From IMG/VR virus record IMGVR_UViG_3300029998_000597: a stretch of 64,000 bases of DNA; one strand, given 5' to 3'. Shown piece after piece: positions 1-9,427 of the stretch. The notes beneath the pieces are model-generated. The model was not told the DNA's origin, did no database searches, and saw only the letters and a list, made by a program, of their open reading frames with translations. Position 1 is the stretch's first letter. Each line of letters begins with the position of its first letter. Source of the DNA: a virus (taxonomy: Duplodnaviria; Caudoviricetes). The position numbers and the translations under genes were made by a program.

Positions 1-3
1 CAA

Positions 4-408
4 ATGAGTACTGTATTGTTTGAAAAGTGTACTGTAGCTAATGCCACCAAAGGAAGTGGTACATGGGTAACTTTGTTTAAAGTAGATGCCAATGGAAATA
101 TAGTTGGATTATATAATCAACCTATAACAACAGTAGCTCTACCAGGCTTCAATATAGATATGACTACAGGAGAGGAGTTCTCTGTTACTATGGGAACTAA
201 TCAAGCTCTTACTATAATGAATCCAATTATCAAAAAACCTTTTAAGGTTATTATGACAGGAGGAACGTTAGCAACTTCTATATTTAGTGGGTACACTAGC
301 AATTGGATTTATGGAGCATTGCAAAGTGACTACATACCATTAAGTACGAATTATTTACAATGTGAGATACGTAGTGCAGGACAAATTTATTTATGGTGGG
401 GGATGTAA
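4..408 (+). CDS. Hypothetical protein, probably virion/tail-fibre associated
   Basis: 134-aa beta-rich (T/V/G/N) ORF directly upstream of a receptor-binding-like gene; may be incomplete at the window edge. Confidence 0.45.
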   Translation: MSTVLFEKCTVANATKGSGTWVTLFKVDANGNIVGLYNQPITTVALPGFNIDMTTGEEFSVTMGTNQALTIMNPIIKKPFKVIMTGGTLATSIFSGYTSNWIYGALQSDYIPLSTNYLQCEIRSAGQIYLWWGM

Positions 409-411
409 TTT

Positions 412-3075
412 ATGAGTTTATTTAGAGAACAAATAGCAATGGCAGGTAAAGTAATGTTGAATTTTTATAATTCTGCATTATCTCTATTTAATGCCTATAA
501 AGATAGGGTTGTAGCGGATGGTGGAGTGTTAGGGGATAACACTAATTTCGGACCTGAGTTAGTAACCAATGGTGGATTTGATACTGATACTGGCTGGACA
601 AAAGGTAGTAATTGGAATATATCAGGAGGAACTGCAAACTGTAATGGAGGTTTAACAGCTATTACATATATTTACCCAACTTCGGTAATTATTCGAGTAG
701 GTAAAAAATATAAAGTTACATTAACAATATCGAATTATACTAGTGGAACTTGTTCTGTATTATTAGAAGGTGGAACTGTACGTTCAGATTCTTATTCTTC
801 TGATGGCACATTTACATGTTTTTTAACCTCTACTACTGTAGGTCATGTTTTTATATCTTGTAATAGTGGTACTTTTATAGGATCAATAGATAATTGTTCT
901 GTAGTAGAAGTTCTTGGTAATAGTATAACTGCTTACATTAAATTGTGCAAACTTAATAACATGTATAATTCTATTAAATTAGGTTGGCTTGGTGTTGGGG
1001 GTAATCTTGCAATTGGAACTAATAATGTCAAAAAACTTTACTCTATTACTCCACAAGGAACAGAGGTTTTAGATACTATTGAAAAAGTTGCTAACGGTGG
1101 ATTTGACACTGATACCATTTGGTCTAAAGGAATTGGGATTACTATTAGTGGAGGAACTGCAAATTATTTAGTATCCTCAGCAGTAAACTTAAATCAACCT
1201 AATGTATTAACTGTTGGAAAACAATATAAGATAGTGTTTGAAATTTCTAATTATGCATCAGGGGTCATTCTATTAAATCCAACTACTGGAGTATCAACAC
1301 CGAGGAAAAATAATGGTATGTTTTCAGAAACTTTTGTTGCTACATCTACAACATTATGGATAATGACTGCTGGTGCTGCTTCGTTAAGTCTTGATAATGT
1401 ATCAATTAAAGAAGTATTATCAGGTGATCCTTTAGATTTGTCGAGTGTTGGGAATTCTTCATATCCTTATTATCTTGGAACTATTGCTCCAAATGAAAAT
1501 CCTTATATTAAGAATACTAATGAAGGATTAAATTATCTGTTACATCCAACTATTAATTTTACTGATACAGATGCTTGGAGTATAACTACCTTGGTTAATG
1601 CTATGACATTTAGAGGAGTTACTTCCAATTTTTATGTTAGTGACAATAGTAGTGGTGGAAGTTTGTTTGGAATTGATAATGCATCAAGTTTAAAAATAAG
1701 AAATTCACTATTTACAGTAAAAGCAACAACAAAAAAGGTAGACTTTTTAATAGGTAAAAATGCAATAATTACTATAATTGCTAAGGGAGATAATACATTA
1801 GATATTTTTATAAATGGAGTGTTATTTGAAACCATTAGTATTATAACTTCTATTAATTTAAGTTGTTTAATGACCGCTGTTACTAATCAAACTCCATTTA
1901 AAGGTTCTATAGCAGCTCATATTATACGTTCACAAGCATTAACACCAGTACAAGTTTTAACAGAGTCAAATTTTATTAAGAATCTATACCCTGATATACC
2001 AAATGTTACAATAGGTACTCAACAATGGCAATCTTCTAATTGTGAGATGACATGTACACCACAAGGTAATTTGATTAATAATGTAACTATTAATAGTAAT
2101 ACAGAGAAAATTGTTAATGGAACTATGGAAGGGGCTTATGTAAATGGTGTAGCTCCTGGATGGTTTTCTACGAGAGGGAATACAAGTTCAAATATAATAG
2201 ATCCATATGAAGGTACTTCGTCACAAACTATAACAAACATAGCAGGTAATACTGGGGTAATCTATCAATATCCAGCTACATCAATAGGATTATGGTATAA
2301 AATATCTTTTTATGCTAAGAACACGAAAGGGACTGGAGGTGCTGTAACTGATTCCAGTATAAGTTTGACATTATTTACTATATCTTCTACAGATTGGACA
2401 TTATATACTATGATGTATAAAGCCCCTACAGCTAATTTAGGCTTGAGTTTTTATGCTAATCGAGATACTATTACTGACAGACATGGTATTTCTTTTGATT
2501 CAGTTTCCGTACAGCAAATTGGGAGGTCAGGGGCTAAAGAACTTTATGATGCTATTTATGGCCAGACAACTGGAACAATAACACAAAAAACTTACGAAGC
2601 AGTAAAAGCAGCAGCTATGTGGTGTTATTATAATAATGATGCTTCCATTGGAGCTGTATATGGTAAATTATACAATTGGTTTGCTGTTAAATTATTACAA
2701 ATGGACATAGACTATTATAATGATACTAACCCAACAACTCCTTGGGGTTGGAAAGTACCCACACAAACTGATTTTACTGCATTAAGTACAACTCTAGGAG
2801 GAGATGATATCAGTGGTGGAAAATTAAAAAAAGAAGGGTTAAGCTATTGGAATACACCTAATATAGGGGCTGATAATAGTAGTGGATTTAGTGCATTGGG
2901 TAGTGGAGGTACGGATGCTGTTGTAGGAACTTTTTCTGGATTAACTGGTGATTGTGGTTTCTACACTGTAGATAAGTATGTATTTAAATGTAATTATGCT
3001 AATGGTAATTTAAGTTCAGTTAATGCGGCTCTATATGTTAATGCTTGTAGATCATTACGTCTCATAAAAGTATAA
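412..3075 (+). CDS. Modular tail fibre/receptor-binding protein with repeated CBM-like modules, a LamG/concanavalin-like region and a C-terminal Fibrobacter succinogenes major paralogous (FISUMP) domain
   Basis: Repeats ELVTNGGFDTDTGW / EKVANGGFDTDTIW / EKIVNGTME; FISUMP motifs VTIGTQQW, WCYYNND..IGAVYGKLYNWFAV, GWKVPTQTDF..L, GGKLKKEG..YWNTPN.GADNSSGFSALGSG, SLRLIK. Confidence 0.7.
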   Translation: MSLFREQIAMAGKVMLNFYNSALSLFNAYKDRVVADGGVLGDNTNFGPELVTNGGFDTDTGWTKGSNWNISGGTANCNGGLTAITYIYPTSVIIRVGKKYKVTLTISNYTSGTCSVLLEGGTVRSDSYSSDGTFTCFLTSTTVGHVFISCNSGTFIGSIDNCSVVEVLGNSITAYIKLCKLNNMYNSIKLGWLGVGGNLAIGTNNVKKLYSITPQGTEVLDTIEKVANGGFDTDTIWSKGIGITISGGTANYLVSSAVNLNQPNVLTVGKQYKIVFEISNYASGVILLNPTTGVSTPRKNNGMFSETFVATSTTLWIMTAGAASLSLDNVSIKEVLSGDPLDLSSVGNSSYPYYLGTIAPNENPYIKNTNEGLNYLLHPTINFTDTDAWSITTLVNAMTFRGVTSNFYVSDNSSGGSLFGIDNASSLKIRNSLFTVKATTKKVDFLIGKNAIITIIAKGDNTLDIFINGVLFETISIITSINLSCLMTAVTNQTPFKGSIAAHIIRSQALTPVQVLTESNFIKNLYPDIPNVTIGTQQWQSSNCEMTCTPQGNLINNVTINSNTEKIVNGTMEGAYVNGVAPGWFSTRGNTSSNIIDPYEGTSSQTITNIAGNTGVIYQYPATSIGLWYKISFYAKNTKGTGGAVTDSSISLTLFTISSTDWTLYTMMYKAPTANLGLSFYANRDTITDRHGISFDSVSVQQIGRSGAKELYDAIYGQTTGTITQKTYEAVKAAAMWCYYNNDASIGAVYGKLYNWFAVKLLQMDIDYYNDTNPTTPWGWKVPTQTDFTALSTTLGGDDISGGKLKKEGLSYWNTPNIGADNSSGFSALGSGGTDAVVGTFSGLTGDCGFYTVDKYVFKCNYANGNLSSVNAALYVNACRSLRLIKV

Positions 3076-3081
3076 TAAGCT

Positions 3082-3168
3082 ATGGATTTAAATTATAATT
3101 CTAATACTAATGCTACTATTGCAGTATTAAAAACTTTTGGTTGTCCTCTTCGTTTGATAAGAGTGTAA
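3082..3168 (+). other. 28-codon duplicate of the FISUMP C-terminal segment (MDLNYNSNTNATIAVLKTFGCPLRLIRV)
   Basis: In frame with 412..3075 after two TAA stops; aligns with that ORF's last residues (..NY..N.....C.SLRLIKV*). Confidence 0.6.
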
Positions 3169-3184
3169 ATAAATTAATAACATA

Positions 3185-3211
3185 GGTTGTAACTTAAATC
3201 AAGTTACAACC
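3185..3211. terminator. Bidirectional intrinsic terminator hairpin
   Basis: GGTTGTAACTT-AAATC-AAGTTACAACC 11-bp perfect stem between convergent genes. Confidence 0.75.
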
Positions 3212-3217
3212 ATATTA

Positions 3218-6200
3218 TTAATATTCGACTAAATTTAAATCATCTTCTATATCCTGTTTTGAAAGGTCTTTATCTATAATATCATATATAGTACCAATAA
3301 CAACACCATATTCTTTTGATTTAAATTCCATTGTTGATCCATCAAAAAGTAAAAACTCTAATAGTTCTTTTGGGAATTGACCATCATCAATAAACTTATT
3401 AATATCATCTTCATCTAAAGAATCAATTATTTTTACATATGTTTCAAATTCGATTTTTAAATATCCTGTTTTTAATAATTCTTGCCTATCGGTATATTCT
3501 TTAACTACTAAATCCCAATCCATATTAATTTCATTAACAAATGGTGGAATTTCATTTACAGAAATCCAATATTTAATTTCTTTGTCCTCCATTTTCATAA
3601 GTTGTTCATATGTGTCTTGGTCTTCTGGTTTATTTGGCATCCCAGATGTTAATTTACTTTCTTTTTCTGTAAAATATTGACGAGTTTTTGGATTAACAGA
3701 TAATATATTATTTCTTATATCTGGGTGAAAGCAGACTAATAAAGGGTTAATTCTATTGTTAAATTGGTCCAAATATTTTACCACGTTATAATCAACACCT
3801 TCAAATTCTGTTCCAATTAAATCAGTAAAACTAGCCCCACTTTCAATTAACGAAGAAGGAATCATAATACAATTTAATTTTATTTCTTCACCAATAACTA
3901 TTTTTTCCCTTTTTTGTTTTCCTTTTGGTGTTAATAATAATTCTCCATTTTTATCTTTTGAATCTTGCATTTCAAACTTTCCATCATCACCAATTTTATA
4001 TATCTTTTCTCTTTTTACATCCCCATCATTTTTTTTAGTACCTATGTTAATATAATAAATTATTTCACCCATTTCAGGAGTAATATCATGCTTTATACAT
4101 AATTCATACCAAGCTTGACGTGAATTTGGCGTACCTTTCTTATTAACCCCCTTACAATTTATTATATAATCTTTGATTGATTTCTTAATTCGACCTTTGG
4201 ATGCAATTTCTATTAGAGGAATATTATAATTATAAATTCTATCAATATAATCATAATAACCTGTTAAAAATTCTTTGCCATTATTATTGAGTAATTGTTT
4301 AATACCAATATCTAAAAATTTTTCAATATATAATGGCATTCGTTTTGATTTAATACTATTACCGACTAATTTGATTTTTCCGTTGCTGAATTGGTCTGCA
4401 TAATTTTTACGACTGAAATTTAGTGTTGAAATACAAAAGTCCTCCGACTCAAGACCCATTTTTCCACGGAGAAATAGATCTGCAAATTCTGCAACATCCG
4501 CATCAACTCCGTAATAAACTTCACCTTCTACTGTATTTCTATTTAAACCCTTACCAATATATGTTCTTTGATTTTTACCTTTAGTTGAAAAATCATAATG
4601 TTTAGGTAGTGAAAAATTTATACCATCTGTATCCATTACAATTGCTTCGTAACCCCTATCACCAAACCATTTAGTCATTAATCGTAACGACTGTCTTCCA
4701 ATGCAAGTTATCTTCTCGGCACATAGCAAATCACCCCAAGGGAATAAATTTGGAGCTCCAAAACTCCCAAAAAAGCTGTTACAAAACACTTTTTGGACAA
4801 TTTGTTTCTTATCATTTAAATTATAGACGCTTTCCCATTGATATATTTCTTTTTTTATTTCAGAATATTCATCACTTTCTGGTTGGATTGATTCTATTTT
4901 TTCTTTTAGTTCATCTATTTTATTACTTGCCTCATTTTTGAGTCCTTTAGAAATTTCACGTTTATCTAAAAAATAACCTAAAAAAGACATCATTACGTTA
5001 GTTATATCTAATGATGGTTTAATATCCCAAGTTAAAGTTATTGCTGGGTATAAAGAATTTTCATCTAATTTAGCAACACTTTCAACAAAACCAACTTTAA
5101 ATAATCTACTTAACCCACCAGTAAATTTACCAGCTGGTGCAAAATCTGGAATAGCTAAATTATTTTCATAAGACCAAGCCATCATAACCAATTTCCAAGT
5201 ACCAGCCGTACCCATTGTACAAACCTTAGTAAATGTGGTTGGTAGGTTTTTACATAATAAAAAATTTGCTTGGTTATATCTTAATTCTACTTTGTCGGTT
5301 TCATATAAATCATCCAATAGGTAACGTTCGACGATATAACGACCGTCCACAATCACATAGCCGTCTTTTAAGGCATTTAAATCATCAACTAAATACCAAT
5401 CACCATTTGAATCATTAAATGCGTAGTCGTTGTCTGTGTCATTCCATATGGTTGATATTTTGTCCCCAGGAACATAAACTCTATTAGGTTTTTTAAGTTT
5501 TGAGTATTCGCTTACATATTTTAATGAAGCTTTTTTCATATTGGAATCAATAGCTTGTGCCCTACGAACAGCGTGAATTGAATCTGTTGTATTGTGGCCC
5601 CAGATCATAGTTTGGTTAAAATATTCTACCTCACCACCAAGTTTTAAAGCTGTTTTTCTCTTTTTCTTATAAATTGGTATCTCAAAATATTTATCACTCA
5701 TTTCGGCGATGTCTGTACCTAACATTTGACAGCGAACTATAATAAAATTCCAGTCGAAATTCTCTGAATTATGCCCTGTTATAACATCTGGTTTTAATTT
5801 ATGAACTATTTGAAAGAATTGGTCTAAAGCTCTAAGTTCAGTATCTCTTTTTTCTTCCTCGGTATAACCTGTAATACTTATTATTTGTTCAAACCCGTGA
5901 TTTGAACGTAGACCGATTTGTTCAATCGAATCTGTGGTTGGATCTAATCCAGTTGTTTCTAAATCAAATTCCAGACGTAATAATTGGTCGTAATCTTCGA
6001 AACCTTTAAACATACGTTTTCCAGATTTCATCATATATTGTTCTACAGGAAGGACTGCTAAAAATAATTTATCCTGTCCATAGACATCACATCCACCATA
6101 TTTGAAAAATTGAAGAAACTTATTGAAAGACATTTTATTTTTTGCCTCAAACAATATTCGATAACCATTTTCTAATCGTTCGGTTGTATTACCATCATCT

Positions 6201-6493
6201 GAGTGAATATTTAACCCCTTTACCGTAATTCCAAATTGTGTTAATTTTTTTTGTAATAATATTTTATCTTGTTTACCTGTCTTAGGGTCAATATATAATT
6301 TTCTTGCACCTTCCATTTTTGCCCACACAAATGGTTCGAAATCAACCTTTTTAAGTTTTTTACCAGCTGTTGGATGCCTATATATGATCGAAACTTGCTC
6401 GTCTTGATATCCGCATTCCATTGCTATAATACCCATCATTTGGTCTCTGCCTGATAGGAACTGATTAATACGTTCTTCTGAAATTTCTTGCAT
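3218..6493 (-). CDS. polB: Family B DNA polymerase (T4 gp43-like)
   Basis: Exo motifs FDLETTG, ITGHNSENFDW, YLLDD; polymerase motifs D.NSLYP, KQ...K...NSFFG, DTDG, RKNYA. Confidence 0.95.
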   Translation of the reverse strand: MQEISEERINQFLSGRDQMMGIIAMECGYQDEQVSIIYRHPTAGKKLKKVDFEPFVWAKMEGARKLYIDPKTGKQDKILLQKKLTQFGITVKGLNIHSDDGNTTERLENGYRILFEAKNKMSFNKFLQFFKYGGCDVYGQDKLFLAVLPVEQYMMKSGKRMFKGFEDYDQLLRLEFDLETTGLDPTTDSIEQIGLRSNHGFEQIISITGYTEEEKRDTELRALDQFFQIVHKLKPDVITGHNSENFDWNFIIVRCQMLGTDIAEMSDKYFEIPIYKKKRKTALKLGGEVEYFNQTMIWGHNTTDSIHAVRRAQAIDSNMKKASLKYVSEYSKLKKPNRVYVPGDKISTIWNDTDNDYAFNDSNGDWYLVDDLNALKDGYVIVDGRYIVERYLLDDLYETDKVELRYNQANFLLCKNLPTTFTKVCTMGTAGTWKLVMMAWSYENNLAIPDFAPAGKFTGGLSRLFKVGFVESVAKLDENSLYPAITLTWDIKPSLDITNVMMSFLGYFLDKREISKGLKNEASNKIDELKEKIESIQPESDEYSEIKKEIYQWESVYNLNDKKQIVQKVFCNSFFGSFGAPNLFPWGDLLCAEKITCIGRQSLRLMTKWFGDRGYEAIVMDTDGINFSLPKHYDFSTKGKNQRTYIGKGLNRNTVEGEVYYGVDADVAEFADLFLRGKMGLESEDFCISTLNFSRKNYADQFSNGKIKLVGNSIKSKRMPLYIEKFLDIGIKQLLNNNGKEFLTGYYDYIDRIYNYNIPLIEIASKGRIKKSIKDYIINCKGVNKKGTPNSRQAWYELCIKHDITPEMGEIIYYINIGTKKNDGDVKREKIYKIGDDGKFEMQDSKDKNGELLLTPKGKQKREKIVIGEEIKLNCIMIPSSLIESGASFTDLIGTEFEGVDYNVVKYLDQFNNRINPLLVCFHPDIRNNILSVNPKTRQYFTEKESKLTSGMPNKPEDQDTYEQLMKMEDKEIKYWISVNEIPPFVNEINMDWDLVVKEYTDRQELLKTGYLKIEFETYVKIIDSLDEDDINKFIDDGQFPKELLEFLLFDGSTMEFKSKEYGVVIGTIYDIIDKDLSKQDIEDDLNLVEY

Positions 6494-6523
6494 TTTTTAC
6501 TTTAAGTTTACGTTTGATTTTTG

Positions 6524-6554
6524 CAAATGTACCAATAAAATATAAGAAAAACAA
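6524..6554 (-). promoter_or_regulatory. Bacteroidota-type housekeeping-sigma (early) promoter for DNA polymerase
   Basis: Minus strand TTGTTTTTCT...GTACATTTG; TTG-N20-TAnnTTTG. Confidence 0.7.
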
Positions 6555-6626
6555 GTTTGGAATTAAATTGTTGAAAAATATACTATTTTTAATTTTGAAT
6601 CTATTTATAATAAAATCATCACTAAA

Positions 6627-6992
6627 ATGGAAAACGATATTAAAAAATTATTTGAAAACATGAAAATGTTGAACCCTGATTTTACTTTAAACGAACTTGA
6701 TACTTTTAACCCAACCTACGATAATAGTAGTGCTACATTTGGAGTTGATTCTAAACCAGAGCAAAATACCCAGGCGACTCAACCATCAGATGTTAAATAT
6801 TTAGCTAACGTACAAAATAAGGCTACTCAGGTAACAAAGGCTGGGACTAAAATAAATACATCTACTGAATTTTCAGGTGCATTTAAAAATTGGTTTTCAA
6901 CACTTGGATATACACCAGAAAATAATGTTGTTTCTATAAGTAGAGTTTTGGCCTTTGTAAAACAAGCTTTGGTTGAATTAGGATATAAATAA
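6627..6992 (+). CDS. Hypothetical protein, putative head internal protein
   Basis: N-terminus KKLFENMKMLNPDFTLNE, paralogous to the next gene; TATTTATA at 6602-6609. Confidence 0.5.
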   Translation: MENDIKKLFENMKMLNPDFTLNELDTFNPTYDNSSATFGVDSKPEQNTQATQPSDVKYLANVQNKATQVTKAGTKINTSTEFSGAFKNWFSTLGYTPENNVVSISRVLAFVKQALVELGYK

Positions 6993-7001
6993 AATTTAGA
7001 T

Positions 7002-7667
7002 ATGAATAGAGATGTAATTAAAATGTTTGAAATGTTTGGTAAATTAAACTCTGATTTTAAAATTAAATTAAATGAAAGTGATACCTTTACCGATACATTT
7101 AATAGTGATACATTTGACTCATCAATTACAACATCAACTGCTACCCAACAACCCATTTCAAATACACAAACTACTACTTCACAACCAATAACTGGTAACC
7201 AACAAAATATTCAAATAGATGGATCTTCTATTGTTGATGATGGGACGTTAAGTGTTGGCGAACTTAGAACATTTATAAACATATTACAAAAAAGTAAAAA
7301 TAAGGAAGAAGCATTAGCAAAGGTAAAAGAGGTTGGAGGGGATGTTTTAAAAATTGGACTTGGCTTGTTACCAGTAGTTGGAAATATTATAGGGGTGTCA
7401 GCAGATACTGTTAGTGTTTTTAAAAAATTATTCGCACCAAAGACTGGTTCTTCAACAAAAGAACCAAATGAATTTATGAAACTCTTACAGATCGATAATG
7501 AAGTTTCTATATTATTAGATGATAAGATTGAATATGCCTTTATTAGTTACGCGGTAAATTTACTGGATACATTATCCGATACAGATCCTGTTCCTGATTT
7601 TTTCGATAAATTAAAAGAGTTTATCAAAGAAAAATATTCTGCTATTTATAATCTCACAAAAGCATAA
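7002..7667 (+). CDS. Hypothetical protein, putative head internal protein
   Basis: N-terminus IKMFEMFGKLNSDFKIKLNE similar to 6627 ORF, followed by T/Q-rich linker. Confidence 0.5.
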   Translation: MNRDVIKMFEMFGKLNSDFKIKLNESDTFTDTFNSDTFDSSITTSTATQQPISNTQTTTSQPITGNQQNIQIDGSSIVDDGTLSVGELRTFINILQKSKNKEEALAKVKEVGGDVLKIGLGLLPVVGNIIGVSADTVSVFKKLFAPKTGSSTKEPNEFMKLLQIDNEVSILLDDKIEYAFISYAVNLLDTLSDTDPVPDFFDKLKEFIKEKYSAIYNLTKA

Positions 7668-7676
7668 TATATAAAA

Positions 7677-7706
7677 ACCCCATTATATTTTAGATTATAA
7701 TGGGGT
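7677..7706. terminator. Bidirectional intrinsic terminator
   Basis: ACCCCATTATA...TATAATGGGGT stem between convergent genes. Confidence 0.75.
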
Positions 7707-7713
7707 ATTTATT

Positions 7714-8070
7714 TTACTGAATGTAAATTATTAATTGCTCTTGAATTGGAACTATGAGTGTTCCTCCACCGTATTCTTCACCAAATTCTATTTTAAATTT
7801 ACCAATGTATTTACCACTTACCTTTGTATCTCTTGGCCTCCATTTATAACAAACCAAATACTCATCATTATGTGAAGTTTCTTTTGGTAATACCAATGCT
7901 GGTTCATTAGCAACTTTAATGACACCAGTGTTAATATCTTCCATAGAAAACGTAATTATAGAATTCTGAATCATTTGATAAAACTTATTGAAGTCTGTCC
8001 TACCATCACACAATAATTCCATTTTTAAAAGTGGAAGTGTTGAATTTTTATTTATATAGAATTCCTGCAT
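7714..8070 (-). CDS. BppU-N-like beta-sandwich virion structural protein
   Basis: FYINKNSTLPLLKMEL ... Y.W...DT...GKY.G.FKIEF ... TLIVP pattern typical of baseplate-upper-protein-like domains. Confidence 0.5.
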   Translation of the reverse strand: MQEFYINKNSTLPLLKMELLCDGRTDFNKFYQMIQNSIITFSMEDINTGVIKVANEPALVLPKETSHNDEYLVCYKWRPRDTKVSGKYIGKFKIEFGEEYGGGTLIVPIQEQLIIYIQ

Positions 8071-8071
8071 T

Positions 8072-8614
8072 TTAATTTAAGTATTTATTATCCATTATAA
8101 ATTCCATATTGTGATATTTAACTAAATCTGGAAATTTTTTATGTAGCTCTAATTTTGCATAATATTTACCAGTATCGTTAATGATGAAATAATTACTATC
8201 ATATATAGATCCAAAGGTATCTGGGATTAACCCGTCTATAATTTCGGATTCAGATACTTCACATTTTACGCGAATCGCTCTTATTTGTTTATCAAAAAGT
8301 TCTGGTATAAGTTCTCTAAATGTTGGTAGATCATCACCAGCTTGTTTAACCCTAATTTCTAAACCTCTTTGAGTTAATTCTTGTTGGTTTCCATTTCCTG
8401 GTTGATAAAATAAGCTTTTAAAATTAAAAGCGTTAATCTCATTAAAAGCTTGTTGAATCTTGATTTTCAATTGTTTTAAATCTTTCTCTTTTTGAGATAG
8501 TCCGAAAACCTCATTAACTGTTTTTTTATCATTATCATTTTTTGGAAATAACACATTGTTTAATGCTTCTAATACAAGTCCTTTTAACTCGCTCTCTTTC
8601 ATTTTAATTTTCAT
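8072..8614 (-). CDS. Hypothetical protein with N-terminal KIKMKESELKGLVLEAL motif (putative head internal protein)
   Basis: N-terminal motif shared with ORF at 27326. Confidence 0.5.
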   Translation of the reverse strand: MKIKMKESELKGLVLEALNNVLFPKNDNDKKTVNEVFGLSQKEKDLKQLKIKIQQAFNEINAFNFKSLFYQPGNGNQQELTQRGLEIRVKQAGDDLPTFRELIPELFDKQIRAIRVKCEVSESEIIDGLIPDTFGSIYDSNYFIINDTGKYYAKLELHKKFPDLVKYHNMEFIMDNKYLN

Positions 8615-8615
8615 A

Positions 8616-9398
8616 TTATTCTTCTCCTAATGCTTCTTTTAATGTGATGTATTTTAACATATCTTCAATAAATGTATGTTTTGAAAATTTATCTTCTAAA
8701 AGTTTCTCTTTTACTGATAATACCTTGGCTTTTGTTTCATTATCAATAGCTTCCTTTAAAAACTCATTTGTTATATCTAAACACTCTTTTTTAGTTTTCT
8801 CAAATGTTACAATTTGATCTGATTCATTCGTTGAAGAAATACTTTCAAACAGCGCCTTTTGTTCTTCGTTAAAAACATCTGCGTATTTCTCATTAAAATT
8901 ATTAACTAAATATGCTATTGCTTGCTCATCTAACTGTATTGTTTCAATATCTTTCTCTTCAATTATTACTATCTTATTATTTTTAATTGTTTCAACAACT
9001 GAATTAACTAAATCAACTTTTTCATTTATAAATTTAATCGATTTTTTCATGAAAATTAAATCATCAATATCCTCATAAAGTTTTTCATTAGTTATATCTG
9101 AAATTTTTACAATGTTATTTTCCTTTAATAAGTTAAATATTTTATTATGTTCTTCTTTTAATTGCTTCTTATTAATATTATTCAGATAACCAATTGACTC
9201 TACAACCTTGTCTTTAGTAGTTTCAGAGTAAATTTGTGATTCAATATAATTATAAACAGAATTTTCTTTTAAAAGAATTTTACTATCTCTAATAATAGAC
9301 ATATATTCTTTTATTATTCGTTTACCTTGATTTGTCTTAAATAAGCTTTCAGAATTTTGAAAGATTATTGCTTTTGCTAATCCGAAATTTTGTTCCAT
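8616..9398 (-). CDS. Helical hypothetical protein downstream of portal (possible prohead core component)
   Basis: 260 aa, K/E-rich, multiple LxE/IxE sites, co-oriented with portal; TATTTATA motif upstream (9410-9417). Confidence 0.45.
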   Translation of the reverse strand: MEQNFGLAKAIIFQNSESLFKTNQGKRIIKEYMSIIRDSKILLKENSVYNYIESQIYSETTKDKVVESIGYLNNINKKQLKEEHNKIFNLLKENNIVKISDITNEKLYEDIDDLIFMKKSIKFINEKVDLVNSVVETIKNNKIVIIEEKDIETIQLDEQAIAYLVNNFNEKYADVFNEEQKALFESISSTNESDQIVTFEKTKKECLDITNEFLKEAIDNETKAKVLSVKEKLLEDKFSKHTFIEDMLKYITLKEALGEE

Positions 9399-9427
9399 CG
9401 TATTTTTATTATAAATAGTATAAATTC

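Noticed and set aside
2940-3168. Diversity-generating retroelement VR/TR pair
   Set aside because: The two segments differ at all four bases rather than only at adenines, and no reverse transcriptase is present in the window
5040-5075. Polymerase motif A reads DENSLYP instead of the usual D[FYA]xSLYP
   Set aside because: Single-residue deviation with catalytic residues retained; insufficient alone to claim altered nucleotide specificity
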